The position numbers and the translations under genes are program-made. Of a stretch of DNA of 64,000 bases, positions 25,754 to 35,626 are shown piece by piece. The stretch is taken from assembly GCA_017521985.1 (NCBI GenBank), contig JAFXAZ010000035.1:625-64624 (forward strand), given 5' to 3'. This DNA comes from Lachnospiraceae bacterium. Its GTDB lineage: Bacteria > Bacillota > Clostridia > Lachnospirales > Lachnospiraceae. The notes below the pieces were generated by a model, which had not been told where the DNA came from, did not search any database, and was given only the letters and a program-made list of their open reading frames with translations. Within the stretch, counting starts at the first letter, position 1; each line of letters starts with the position of its first letter.

Positions 25754-26215
25754 TTACGGAACAAAATTCGTAACATTTTCCGGATTGAGATTTTCTTCGT
25801 AGTAATTACAGTCTTCTCTGTGCTTCCAGTTTAACTTCTGCCAGAATTTATTGCCAATTTCATTGCTTTTAAATGCAATAAGATTAATCTTATTAATACC
25901 TTCTTTGCGAAGTGCCTCTTTACAACATACCACCATATCCTGACCTATGCCCAGCATACGGTATTCCTGTCTTACGCATACATGATACAAACAGCCTCGT
26001 CTGCCATCATGTCCGCAAAGGATTCCTCCTATAATCCGCCCCTCATGAAGTGCTACCACACTAAGTCCCGGATTACGTGCTATAAACCGTTCAATTCCTT
26101 CCTTAGAATCATCCCAGGAGCGAATACCAAAACCGGAAATAGACTGCCACATATTAAAAACTTCTTCATAATCTTCCGTTGTCATGGGTCTGATTTGAAT
26201 ATCTTTTGCTGCCAT
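25754..26215 (-). CDS. GNAT-family N-acetyltransferase
   Basis: Acetyl-CoA binding block VCVRQEYRMLGIGQDMV. 153 aa. Confidence 0.8.
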   Translation of the reverse strand: MAAKDIQIRPMTTEDYEEVFNMWQSISGFGIRSWDDSKEGIERFIARNPGLSVVALHEGRIIGGILCGHDGRRGCLYHVCVRQEYRMLGIGQDMVVCCKEALRKEGINKINLIAFKSNEIGNKFWQKLNWKHREDCNYYEENLNPENVTNFVP

Positions 26216-26254
26216 ATTGCCTCCAAATTTTCATCTGCTCAAATACAAGTACGT

Positions 26255-26914
26255 TTAAATCAAGGACTGTCCATTGATAATTAGCTTAAATTCCAATCCC
26301 AATTTCGCTGCTGCCTTTCTGCAAAGCTTCATTCGTCCAAGGAAAATTTCGAAATAATCCATAACCACACATTCCTTGGTGTCAATGGTAAGTGTCAGGG
26401 TTATATGCTCGTCTTTTTTATAGGTAAGCTTGGATTCTTTTACTGCAAAATTTACGCTGTCATGAATATCAAAGCTTGCACGGTCAATATTACGTACCCT
26501 TGTAAATCGCACGTCTGTCTTGTCTGCAATAATCAGTGCGGCTGCAATCGGATTTACCGGAAAGGCAGTGGACTCGTCATGGTTGCCAATGGCGGTCACA
26601 ATGGTAGCAATATCCTCTGCATCGGCTCCCATATTGTCCAGAATACGGAATGCCATAACTGCACCACTCTGTGCATGGTCCACACGATTAATCACATTGC
26701 CGATATCATGTAAATACGCTGCAATACGAGCCAGCTCCGCCTCTCTTTCACTGTAGCCCAAAGCCAGCAGAATATCCGCTGCAGTCTCTGCTACCTTCAT
26801 TACATGCGGAAAACTGTGCTCCGTATAGCCCAGTGCAATTAAGGACTCGTCAGCCTTTTTGATATAGGTTTTAATTGCTTCGTTATTTTTTACGTCCTGA
26901 TACGTAATCTTCAT
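26255..26914 (-). CDS. HD-domain phosphohydrolase-like protein
   Basis: HS..HV....AAYLHDIG...NHD motif set. Confidence 0.7.
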   Translation of the reverse strand: MKITYQDVKNNEAIKTYIKKADESLIALGYTEHSFPHVMKVAETAADILLALGYSEREAELARIAAYLHDIGNVINRVDHAQSGAVMAFRILDNMGADAEDIATIVTAIGNHDESTAFPVNPIAAALIIADKTDVRFTRVRNIDRASFDIHDSVNFAVKESKLTYKKDEHITLTLTIDTKECVVMDYFEIFLGRMKLCRKAAAKLGLEFKLIINGQSLI

Positions 26915-26967
26915 ACACACCTCTTATTTACTGCAGGCTTCGGTCAACCACGCCATGCGCCTGTTCT

Positions 26968-28023
26968 TTATGGGAACATCGGAACCAGATTTAAACCCTC
27001 ATCCTCTGCAAGCCCAAACATTAAGTTCATATTTTGAACTGCCTGACCTGCGGCACCCTTTACCAGATTGTCAATGGCACCCATCATAATGACACGACCG
27101 GTTCTCTCATCTACTACAAAATTTACGTCCACATAATTGGATCCCTCTACCCATTTTGTCTCAGGACAGACACCTTTATCCAATACTCGCACAAATTTTT
27201 CATTTTTATAATATTTCTCATAAGCTGCACGGATTTCTGCTTCCGTTGGAAGACTGCCGTCGGCCTTTGCCTTTAACTTTGCATATGCTGTCGCCAAAAT
27301 GCCACGGTTCATCGGAATCAAGTGCGGAGTAAAGTTTAACATTACCTTACAATTTCCTGCATAGCCCAACTGCTCCTCAATTTCCGGAGTATGTCTGTGA
27401 CTTGCTACGCCGTATGCTTTAATATTTTCATTTACTTCACAATATAAATTCGGAAGCTTTGCACTACGTCCTGCGCCGGAAGTACCGCTCTTTGCATCAA
27501 TAATCAATGTATCTACATCAATCAAGCCTTCCTTAACCAGCGGATAACAGGTCAAAATAGAACATGTGGTGTAACAGCCCGGATTAGCAACCAATCTGGC
27601 ACCCTTTACATCCTCACGGTTGATTTCACAAAGACCATACACTGCTTCCTCAATAAACTGTGGAGACTTGTGCTCGATGCCATACCACTTTTCATATGTA
27701 GCAACATCCTTAATACGATAATCCGCAGACAAATCTACAAACTTTGCTTTCTGCAAATATTCTTCCTTTAATATAGAAGCCAAATAACCCTGCGGCGTTG
27801 CTGTAAATACCACATCTACCTGCTCAACCAATGCTTCAATATTGTCATCGAAACACTTCTCTTCCACAATTTCAAAGAAATTACGATATACATCACTATA
27901 CTTCTGATCCACATAACTTCTGGAACCATACCATTTAATCTCTACATCCTTGTGATTCATCAAAATACGAACCAACTCACCACCCGCATAACCGGTGGAA
28001 CCAATAATACCAACTTTAATCAT
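26968..28023 (-). CDS. argC: N-acetyl-gamma-glutamyl-phosphate reductase
   Basis: MIKVGIIGSTGYAGGELVR and the active-site sequence NPGCYTT. Confidence 0.9.
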   Translation of the reverse strand: MIKVGIIGSTGYAGGELVRILMNHKDVEIKWYGSRSYVDQKYSDVYRNFFEIVEEKCFDDNIEALVEQVDVVFTATPQGYLASILKEEYLQKAKFVDLSADYRIKDVATYEKWYGIEHKSPQFIEEAVYGLCEINREDVKGARLVANPGCYTTCSILTCYPLVKEGLIDVDTLIIDAKSGTSGAGRSAKLPNLYCEVNENIKAYGVASHRHTPEIEEQLGYAGNCKVMLNFTPHLIPMNRGILATAYAKLKAKADGSLPTEAEIRAAYEKYYKNEKFVRVLDKGVCPETKWVEGSNYVDVNFVVDERTGRVIMMGAIDNLVKGAAGQAVQNMNLMFGLAEDEGLNLVPMFP

Positions 28024-28218
28024 AATATGTCCTCCTTGCATAGCCCAAAAAAGTCTATGCCCCCATAGTTTTTTATTTTACTTTAATATGGTAAAAAATA
28101 CAAGTAGCAATATTATTTTGCAAAAAATTCTACGCCATTGTAATATATGTATATTTATACAACGTTTATGCATGTTTTGCAAGTGTTTTTTGCAAAATCT
28201 ACATTATAAGTATTTATT

Positions 28219-28234
28219 TTGCATTTTTATTCAT
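28219..28234. promoter_or_regulatory. ARG box (ArgR/AhrC operator) in the argC/argG divergent control region
   Basis: The reverse complement with flanks reads AATGAATAAAAATGCAAA, against the Bacillus AhrC consensus CATGAATAAAAAT(G/T)CAA(G/T). Further TTTTGCAAAA / ATGCAAAA half-sites lie at ~28119, 28176-28196 and 28255-28270. Confidence 0.65.
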
Positions 28235-28322
28235 TTTCTCACAAATAATGCTTGCAATTATATGCAAAAAGGTGTATTATCTCCCTTAGATAAGAAACTT
28301 ATATTTAAGGGAGATACATATT

Positions 28323-29540
28323 ATGAAAGAAAAAGTTATTTTAGCGTATTCCGGCGGTTTGGATACTACAGCCATTATTCCATGGTTACATGAAAATTAT
28401 GACTACGAAGTTATCTGTTGCTGTATCGACTGTGGTCAGGGTGAAGAACTGGACGGATTAGAAGAACGTGCTAAATCCTGTGGAGCTACCAAGTTATACA
28501 TCGAAGATGTTGTTGACGAATTCTGTGATGAATACATCGTTCCATGTGTTAAGGCAAACGCTATTTATGAGAATAAGTATTTATTAGGTACTTCTATGGC
28601 TCGCCCTGTAATTGCAAAGAGATTAGTCGAAGTTGCTCGTAAAGAAGGCGCCGTTGCTATCTGCCACGGTGCTACCGGTAAGGGTAATGACCAGATTCGT
28701 TTTGAATTAGGTATTAAGGCACTTGCTCCTGATTTAAAGATTATCGCTCCTTGGAGAGATGACAAATGGGGCATGGATTCCCGTGAAGCAGAAATTGAAT
28801 ACTGTAAGGCACATGGTATTAACTTACCATTCTCTGCTGATAAATCCTACAGCCGTGACCGTAACTTATGGCACATCAGCCATGAAGGTCTGGAATTGGA
28901 GTTCCCAAGTGAAGAGCCAAACTATGACCACTTATTGGTACTCAGCCAGTCTCCGGAAAAAGCTCCGGACGAAGGCGAATATGTAACCATGACCTTTGAA
29001 GCAGGTGTTCCAAAAACCTTAAACGGTAAGGAAATGAAGGTTTCCGAAATTATCGCTGAATTAAACATTCTCGGTGGCAAACACGGCATCGGTATCATCG
29101 ACATCGTTGAAAACCGTGTAGTTGGCATGAAGTCCCGTGGTGTTTACGAGACTCCGGGCGGAACCATCCTTATGGAAGCTCATCAGCAGTTAGAGGAGTT
29201 AATCCTTGACCGCGATACCTACACCTTAAAGAAAGAAATGGGCAATAAATTTGCTGATTTGGTATACGAAGGCAAGTGGTTTACACCTAAGCGTGAAGCA
29301 ATCCAGGCATTTATCGATGTAACTCAGAAGTATGTTACCGGTGAAGTAAAGTTCAAGCTTTACAAAGGCAATATTATCAAAGCCGGCACCACTTCTCCAT
29401 ACTCTCTCTACAATGAAAGCCTTGCTTCTTTCAAGACCGGTGATTTATATGACCACCACGATGCAAGCGGTTTTATCAACCTGTTTGGTCTGTCCTGCAA
29501 GGTTCGCGCAATGAAAATGGCAGAAGTTGAGGGTAAATAA
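28323..29540 (+). CDS. argG: Argininosuccinate synthase
   Basis: [10 protein letters not shown] ... [16 protein letters not shown] ... signature blocks. Confidence 0.95.
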   Translation: MKEKVILAYSGGLDTTAIIPWLHENYDYEVICCCIDCGQGEELDGLEERAKSCGATKLYIEDVVDEFCDEYIVPCVKANAIYENKYLLGTSMARPVIAKRLVEVARKEGAVAICHGATGKGNDQIRFELGIKALAPDLKIIAPWRDDKWGMDSREAEIEYCKAHGINLPFSADKSYSRDRNLWHISHEGLELEFPSEEPNYDHLLVLSQSPEKAPDEGEYVTMTFEAGVPKTLNGKEMKVSEIIAELNILGGKHGIGIIDIVENRVVGMKSRGVYETPGGTILMEAHQQLEELILDRDTYTLKKEMGNKFADLVYEGKWFTPKREAIQAFIDVTQKYVTGEVKFKLYKGNIIKAGTTSPYSLYNESLASFKTGDLYDHHDASGFINLFGLSCKVRAMKMAEVEGK

Positions 29541-29834
29541 TTGGAATTTAAGTTAGGATATTTTATTCTGGCATACTTCGCAATTATTACGATTGTCGCA
29601 TTTGCTCTTATGGGCATCGACAAACACAAAGCAAAAAAAGGGGCCTACCGTATTTCGGAGGCCTCCTTATTTATTACCGCACTGCTGGGTGGCAGCATCG
29701 GTTCGGTTGCAGGTATGTTAGTCTTTCATCACAAAACCCAGCATTGGTATTTTCAGGCTTTTATGCCTCTTATTGCATGTTTGCAGATGGTCGGTTTATT
29801 GACTTTTGCTATTTATAAAATGGGCTGGCTATAG
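29541..29834 (+). CDS. DUF1294-family small membrane protein
   Basis: TTG start abutting the argG stop. Sequence MGIDKHKAKKGAYRISE..LGGS.G...GM..F.HKT.H is characteristic of the family. Confidence 0.65.
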   Translation: MEFKLGYFILAYFAIITIVAFALMGIDKHKAKKGAYRISEASLFITALLGGSIGSVAGMLVFHHKTQHWYFQAFMPLIACLQMVGLLTFAIYKMGWL

Positions 29835-29845
29835 TTTCTTAAAAA

Positions 29846-29868
29846 GAGGTGCAGAAAATCTGCACCTC
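29846..29868 (-). terminator. Rho-independent terminator
   Basis: GAGGTGCAGA-AAA-TCTGCACCTC forms a perfect 10-bp stem. A T-run follows on the minus strand. Confidence 0.7.
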
Positions 29869-29882
29869 AAATTTAAATTATA

Positions 29883-30799
29883 CTAGTTCTCCACGCTCGC
29901 CTCTTTGGCATTCCAATAATCTTGTACTTTAATTTGCAATATGTTGCAAGCTTTCTCTGGTGTAATCTCTAGTGACTTCATTACACTTTCCACGCTGCTA
30001 AGAATCATCTGATTTGTCACTTGCTCTGTCACTTCTCGTGTCACTCTTTCCGTAACCTTTTCAGTCACTCGCTCTATTACACCTTCGCTCCAATTACACA
30101 TGATATTCACCTTTCCTTCCAACTCTCTTGTCGTTGCTATATGGTATTCCTTTTCTAAAATATGTAATTTGTCAGGTGCTTTTACCTCCTCGCTTGCAAG
30201 AACTGATAACAAACGTAAAAGCTTCTGATACTCATTTTTTCTGTAATCCTTATCCTCAGGATTCCCCAAACAAAGCATCACCACACTCAGCAAATCATAT
30301 CTGGCCGGTTTGGAATAATTACCATATAACTTATTCTGTTGTATTTTGTATTCCGTATAATCTTAATTCGTTCTTTGGATGGCGCAACCGCATGGAACAA
30401 AATATCGAAACGTGCTTCTCCCTCACCGGGAACTTTATCTTGTGTATCTCGACCGATGATGCTATCGTTGGTCTTTCCCGGCGCAACATATACCTTCGAA
30501 ACAACAGGCTCTCCTTCAATACATTGTACAATGTTCTGAATAGACATGCCTCTGAATTCTTCCGTAACACGGCTTATAATCCACGCCAGAATATATTTAT
30601 CGCTTAGTACATTTTTTACTTCGGTATCATACCGAGCTTTTTCTTTTGCAATATTTACTACTTGTGCAATATTGGTAGCTGACACATTTTGTACCTCGCT
30701 TTCTATTATTATAGCATGAATGTGAATAATACACACCCCTTTATCCTTGGTACAAAAATACACTGTAGTTTGTATTGCACTACTATAATAACACATCAA
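29883..30799 (-). pseudogene. Rpn-family recombination-promoting nuclease / PD-(D/E)XK transposase-like gene, disrupted (internal deletion + frameshift)
   Basis: The N-part ...VPGEGEARFDILFHAVAPSKERIKI breaks frame near 30340. A second frame continues DYTEYK...YDLLSVVMLCLGNPEDKDY...MCNWSEGV. The central nuclease core (~100 aa) is absent. Confidence 0.5.
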
Positions 30800-30888
30800 T
30801 TATCGACAATCAACCTCAATATTCTTGAAATTTCCTTTTATTTTGCTATACTATTATCATACCTTTTACATAGCGAGGGATTTATCAC

Positions 30889-31383
30889 ATGATTGCACTT
30901 CAAATCACGGAATTAAAAGCCTTTATGGGCAAACTATTAGGCACCAATACCTTTGATGATTTTCTTTTACAGGAAGCGACCCTGCAAATGGGTATCAGTT
31001 ATATTATAGACGGGCACATCAATGAAGCCTTTTACCAGACAGACGAAGACATGGAAGACACCGGCGACAGACTGCCTTTTATTCCATATGGAGAGGTCAG
31101 AAGCACTCTTTTTGACCTAATAAAAGGAAAGCGCACACCACTCGGTTTTCAAGTAGTTTTGCAGCTTTCCCCAAAGAGATGCGCTATTATTTTCCCGGAA
31201 GGTTTAGAAAAGCACTTAATTAAAGGCTTACTTATAAACATCCGCTATGACGGTTCCAAAGCTATGATTACTTCCGGTATCAGTTATTCTTCCTTTACAC
31301 TGGACAAAACACCTGAGCTTATCTGGGACGAAGCCCTGATGAATTTTCTGCGCAATGCAGGCATTTCCTTCGACCAGCTTTAA
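30889..31383 (+). CDS. Hypothetical protein (164 aa)
   Basis: ORF with a plausible start. No motif recognised. Confidence 0.45.
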   Translation: MIALQITELKAFMGKLLGTNTFDDFLLQEATLQMGISYIIDGHINEAFYQTDEDMEDTGDRLPFIPYGEVRSTLFDLIKGKRTPLGFQVVLQLSPKRCAIIFPEGLEKHLIKGLLINIRYDGSKAMITSGISYSSFTLDKTPELIWDEALMNFLRNAGISFDQL

Positions 31384-31736
31384 CGCTTTAACTTTGGCTT
31401 GAAAAGAAAAGCCGCCAATAATCCAAAAATCAGAGCCGCGCTGCATCCCACAGCTGCGGCTTTAAATCCGCCCGTAAAAAGCCCCATAAAGCCTTCCTGG
31501 TCAATCGCTTCCTTGACACCCTTCATTAAAATGTGCCCGAACCCTAAAAGCGGTACACTGACACCGGCACCAACCGCTTCCTTCAGTGGCTCAAATACTC
31601 CCACAAAGCTAAGAATTGCACCGCTTACCACTAAGAGCACCATAATACGTCCCGGCATAAGCTTGGTCTTTTCCATTAAAATCTGCACCAGTGCACATAC
31701 AACTCCCCCAACAAGAAAGGCTATAATATAGTCCAT
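31380..31736 (-). CDS. spoVAE: Stage V sporulation protein AE (SpoVAEb-type membrane protein)
   Basis: MDYIIAFLVGG..C...QIL......PG.I.V..V..G..L...G.....G.G..VPL.GFGH pattern typical of SpoVAE. 118 aa. Confidence 0.75.
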   Translation of the reverse strand: MDYIIAFLVGGVVCALVQILMEKTKLMPGRIMVLLVVSGAILSFVGVFEPLKEAVGAGVSVPLLGFGHILMKGVKEAIDQEGFMGLFTGGFKAAAVGCSAALIFGLLAAFLFKPKLKR

Positions 31737-31807
31737 ACATTTCTCCTCTCGTTTTTATTTAGTATGTAACAGCAGGAAAAAAATATTCTTTCAAAAATAT
31801 AACTCTT

Positions 31808-32044
31808 TTATGGTTCTTCAAATTCACAAGTCACATAATAGCCTCTGGGACTTTGCTTTACATCAATTACCACACCGCTTCGTGCAAGCATTCTTTCACG
31901 AAACGGGAAATTACCGGACATGGCAAGAGACGGGTCAATGGTATAATAATAGTTACTTGGAAGCACACCTTCCGTAACCGTAATCTCCTGTCCCACTTCC
32001 AATAGTCCCTGTCGCTCCATTTTAAATTCCATTGTTCTTTTCAT
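31808..32044 (-). CDS. Small hypothetical protein (78 aa) ending in ...CEFEEP
   Basis: ORF immediately downstream of the ligase pair. No recognised motif. Confidence 0.4.
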   Translation of the reverse strand: MKRTMEFKMERQGLLEVGQEITVTEGVLPSNYYYTIDPSLAMSGNFPFRERMLARSGVVIDVKQSPRGYYVTCEFEEP

Positions 32045-32106
32045 ATTTATAATCCATCCAGTTCTTTAATTCTATCATACCCTTGCCGGTTTTCTCAAAC
32101 ACGTAA

Positions 32107-33435
32107 TTACAGTGGCATTGGCGTAGCCGCCAGAGCCTTCACATCGGAAATCAAAGAAGTGGTACCCAAAATGCAAATAGGTCGATTCCGGGCATCCTCT
32201 GCTTCCATAAAAGCACGTGCTTTGTCTATTGCATCACTTATATTTTCTGCCCAGTCTGCGGCTATACCAACCTCAACCAGTGCTTCCACTTGTTCTGTGC
32301 CGAATTTGTAATGTGCATTCTCGCTCTTGGTTAAAATCATATGTATAGACACCTTTTTCATTGCCTCTGCCACACCAAGGTAATCTTTGTCAGATGGGAT
32401 ACCTATAATGGTAGTCACTTGATTTACCTCCAACTGCTGTAATGCTTCCAATACATTACAGCAACTGGCGCGATTTATACACGCATCCAAAAGCATCAGC
32501 GGATTACTGCTTAGCACTTCCAGTCTGCCCGGCCATTCTAAATATTGCAGTGCCTGTTTTACCTTTGCTTCCTCTAACACACCAAGCTCCATTTCACAAA
32601 GTGCAATCGCCAATGCGCAATTCTCTGCCTGATAGGTTCCCAAAAGCGGAATCTGAATATCCACATAACGGGTCTTGCGAGTCACTACATCAAATTTCAT
32701 GCCCTTCTGCGTGTAACGTACATACTCACACCAGAAATCTCTTCCATACTCATACAATGTGGTCTGACACGCTTCTGCCCTGCTGCGTAATACCTTAAGC
32801 ACTTCCTCTTCTTGCTTGCAGGTAAACACAGCGGCTTGGTCCCCTGTCATAATGGCAGACTTATTTTCTGCTATTTCTCCCAGTGTCTTGCCCAGTTCTC
32901 TGGTATGCTCCAGAAAAATACGGTTAATAACTCCATATTTATGCGGCACATTATTGACGTCATCATATGCCACCCCTTTGCCACATTCCATAACCTGGAA
33001 CGTTACGCCAGCTTCTTTAAAAATATCCAAGGCTGCTGCTGCCTGAATCCCCATGGGACTGATATATTCTTTTTGCGCAAGGGTTGCTTCTACTTCGTCA
33101 AACTCCGGCTTCACACACTCAATAGCCTTTGTCAACACTTCATCGCTGACCGGTTCCCCTTGCACTTGGATACGCTCGTTAAAGGCCAAAATATGAGGAC
33201 TGGTCATAAGTCCCACCTTGTGATGCATTCCCATAATCTCCGCAATCATTTTAGAAACAGAACCTTTCCCCTTACTGCCTGTTACAAGCACCGTTGGGAT
33301 TCCTGCCCTTTTTTCGATAATTGCCTTGCTAAGCTTTGGATTACGCTTCTTTGCATCCGAAGCATCATAATCCAAGTAAGGCTCCGCCTTTAAATAAGAA
33401 GCATACACATAATCAATTGCTTTCTGAACAGTCAT
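32107..33435 (-). CDS. Mur-ligase-family protein, FolC/folylpolyglutamate-synthase-like
   Basis: P-loop LVTGSKGKGSVS, TSPH, and a Mur ligase middle/C-terminal layout. The start overlaps the ATP-grasp gene by 23 nt. Confidence 0.7.
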   Translation of the reverse strand: MTVQKAIDYVYASYLKAEPYLDYDASDAKKRNPKLSKAIIEKRAGIPTVLVTGSKGKGSVSKMIAEIMGMHHKVGLMTSPHILAFNERIQVQGEPVSDEVLTKAIECVKPEFDEVEATLAQKEYISPMGIQAAAALDIFKEAGVTFQVMECGKGVAYDDVNNVPHKYGVINRIFLEHTRELGKTLGEIAENKSAIMTGDQAAVFTCKQEEEVLKVLRSRAEACQTTLYEYGRDFWCEYVRYTQKGMKFDVVTRKTRYVDIQIPLLGTYQAENCALAIALCEMELGVLEEAKVKQALQYLEWPGRLEVLSSNPLMLLDACINRASCCNVLEALQQLEVNQVTTIIGIPSDKDYLGVAEAMKKVSIHMILTKSENAHYKFGTEQVEALVEVGIAADWAENISDAIDKARAFMEAEDARNRPICILGTTSLISDVKALAATPMPL

Positions 33436-34282
33436 GTTTAAAATCTCCCAAAATGGTATCTATAATCGCCCCTGCTACATTCACACCGGTGGCGCGTTCC
33501 ATACCCTCAATCCCCGGCATCACATTAATCTCGCAAAAATATGGCTTGTCCTTTCCAAACAACAAATCGATTCCCAGAAAGTCAAGCCCTGTTTGCTCAT
33601 AAATATCCTTTGCCGCCTGCCTGATGTTGTCATCTATCGGATATTCCCTGACACCGGCTCCCAGAGCCACATTGGCCTTAAAGCCCTGCACCGCTTCTCT
33701 GGTCATGCAGGCAATCACTTCACCGCGTATACTGTAAAAGCGAATATCCCTGCCATAGCTTTCCGCAATATATTCTTCAAACAAATATTCTTTGTCTGGG
33801 TCGTAGGTTTCACATAGCACCTGAAAATCTTCCTTGTTCTCTATCAAAAACACCTCGGCTCCTTGGGAGCTCTCCAGCCCTTTTGCCACAAAAGGAAGAC
33901 CCAGTTTGGTTGTGACCACCTCAAAATCAGTATAACCTGTTCCAAGCATATACTTCGGCATCAAAAAGCCTTCTGACCTTAAATTTTTGACCTGCATATA
34001 TTTGTTTATGTAAGTATTAAAAATATTCGTCTCATTATAAGTACGCTTTGCAAGTGCACCAATCTCATCCTTGATATGATCATATTTATAACGATTAATC
34101 ACAAAATCGCAATTCTCTAATCGCTCCCTCTTATGGTACACACCATCTTCGGTTACGATAGTATCTGCCACGCCCACAATCTGCAAAGAAACTCCTCTTT
34201 TTGCCGCTTCTTCCAAAATTCGGTGACATGTATATGCATCTTTCATAAAACTGTACTTTTCAATAATATATCCTGTTAACAT
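33413..34282 (-). CDS. RimK-type ATP-grasp ligase
   Basis: ATP-grasp blocks ...LPFVAKGLESSQGAEVFLI... and ...GIDLLF...YFCEINVMPG. Confidence 0.7.
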   Translation of the reverse strand: MLTGYIIEKYSFMKDAYTCHRILEEAAKRGVSLQIVGVADTIVTEDGVYHKRERLENCDFVINRYKYDHIKDEIGALAKRTYNETNIFNTYINKYMQVKNLRSEGFLMPKYMLGTGYTDFEVVTTKLGLPFVAKGLESSQGAEVFLIENKEDFQVLCETYDPDKEYLFEEYIAESYGRDIRFYSIRGEVIACMTREAVQGFKANVALGAGVREYPIDDNIRQAAKDIYEQTGLDFLGIDLLFGKDKPYFCEINVMPGIEGMERATGVNVAGAIIDTILGDFKHDCSESN

Positions 34283-34360
34283 TTTCTGCCTCTCAAATCA
34301 TTTATAAAAACATTTTAGCACTATACACTTTGTTTGTGAAGTGCATAGTGCTACCACATT

Positions 34361-35500
34361 TTATTTATTAATCCAAAAATTCTCCGAAAGCAGCAGCCAG
34401 TTTGCCCGAAACCACTGCATAATCTGCCAGTAACCGCAGCCACGCAAATCAAATTCCTTAATTAAATCAAATTTAGCCTGCAGGCTGCGCACATCTTCAA
34501 ACCATACTTCATGCACGATACCGTCAGCCATATTCGTATACCGAAAATACGGACTCTGAGCAACCTCATCAAACATGATTTCTGCGCCCTCCCGAAGCGC
34601 AATTTGAATCGCCTGTATATTGTTGATAGTATTTGCTTCAGTCACACCCCGCTCAAACGGAAGCGGCCAATCGTACCCATAATTCGGAATCCCCAAATCA
34701 ATTTTTTCTCTTGGAATTTCTGTCACAGCATACTCCACAACCCGACGCACCTGATTAATCGGTGCTACTGCCATAGGCGGTCCATAGGTGTAGCCCCACT
34801 CATAAGTCATTAAAAGTACGGAATCCGCAGCCGCTCCAATTGCCGGATAATCTTTTCCTTCGTACAGCAAACCGCGCTGCACAGCAGATGTTTTCGGGGC
34901 AAGCGCTACTGACGTGTGATATCCGTTTTCACGCATCGCCTCTGACACACGCTCCACAAAAGCGGTAAAAGCATCTCTATCGTTTGCCAGGATATACTCA
35001 AAATCAATATCCAGTCCTTGATAGCCCTTTTCATCCATTAAAAACAAAAGATTTTGAATCAGATTCTCTGTATATTGCGGATTGTTTACCACAGAATTTA
35101 TCAAAAGATTGTTAAACTGTCCATCTGTTCCAAAAGGCGTCAGCACCAGTACCGGCTCCGTACCAAACTGCTTTGCTGTCACAATCAACGGCATATCATC
35201 CACCTGTGACGGAATCAACTGCCCATCACTTGTAAATCCATAAGAAAAAATAGGTAAATACGTCAAATATGGCAGCGTCTGTTCCAGCACCCACATGCTA
35301 ATAAACGGATAGGCATATCCACTAACAAAAACGGACCTATCCGGCATACGTACCCCTCCACGGATAAAAAGCGCCTGCCCAACGGCAAGCGCATAAGGAT
35401 ACACTAACTGATTGTCAAATATAATTTGCGACACATCTATACCATAGTAAGCTGCAATACCACCCACCGTATCACCGGGACGCACTACATAAATATCCAT
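34361..35500 (-). CDS. LysM + GH18-like spore peptidoglycan hydrolase (YaaH/YdhD-like)
   Basis: N-terminal LysM YVVRPGDTVGGIAAYYGI. GH18 block GLDIDFEY. Confidence 0.75.
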   Translation of the reverse strand: MDIYVVRPGDTVGGIAAYYGIDVSQIIFDNQLVYPYALAVGQALFIRGGVRMPDRSVFVSGYAYPFISMWVLEQTLPYLTYLPIFSYGFTSDGQLIPSQVDDMPLIVTAKQFGTEPVLVLTPFGTDGQFNNLLINSVVNNPQYTENLIQNLLFLMDEKGYQGLDIDFEYILANDRDAFTAFVERVSEAMRENGYHTSVALAPKTSAVQRGLLYEGKDYPAIGAAADSVLLMTYEWGYTYGPPMAVAPINQVRRVVEYAVTEIPREKIDLGIPNYGYDWPLPFERGVTEANTINNIQAIQIALREGAEIMFDEVAQSPYFRYTNMADGIVHEVWFEDVRSLQAKFDLIKEFDLRGCGYWQIMQWFRANWLLLSENFWINK

Positions 35501-35626
35501 GATTACACTTCCCATGTCTTTAGAAGCAGTATATGCGCTAAATTCCCAAATGTGCCTGTCTGTAAGCAATTCTTCTTGCTTTTTAGATAATATGCAGTTA
35601 TAATGAGAAAGAAGGAGGATAGAAAA

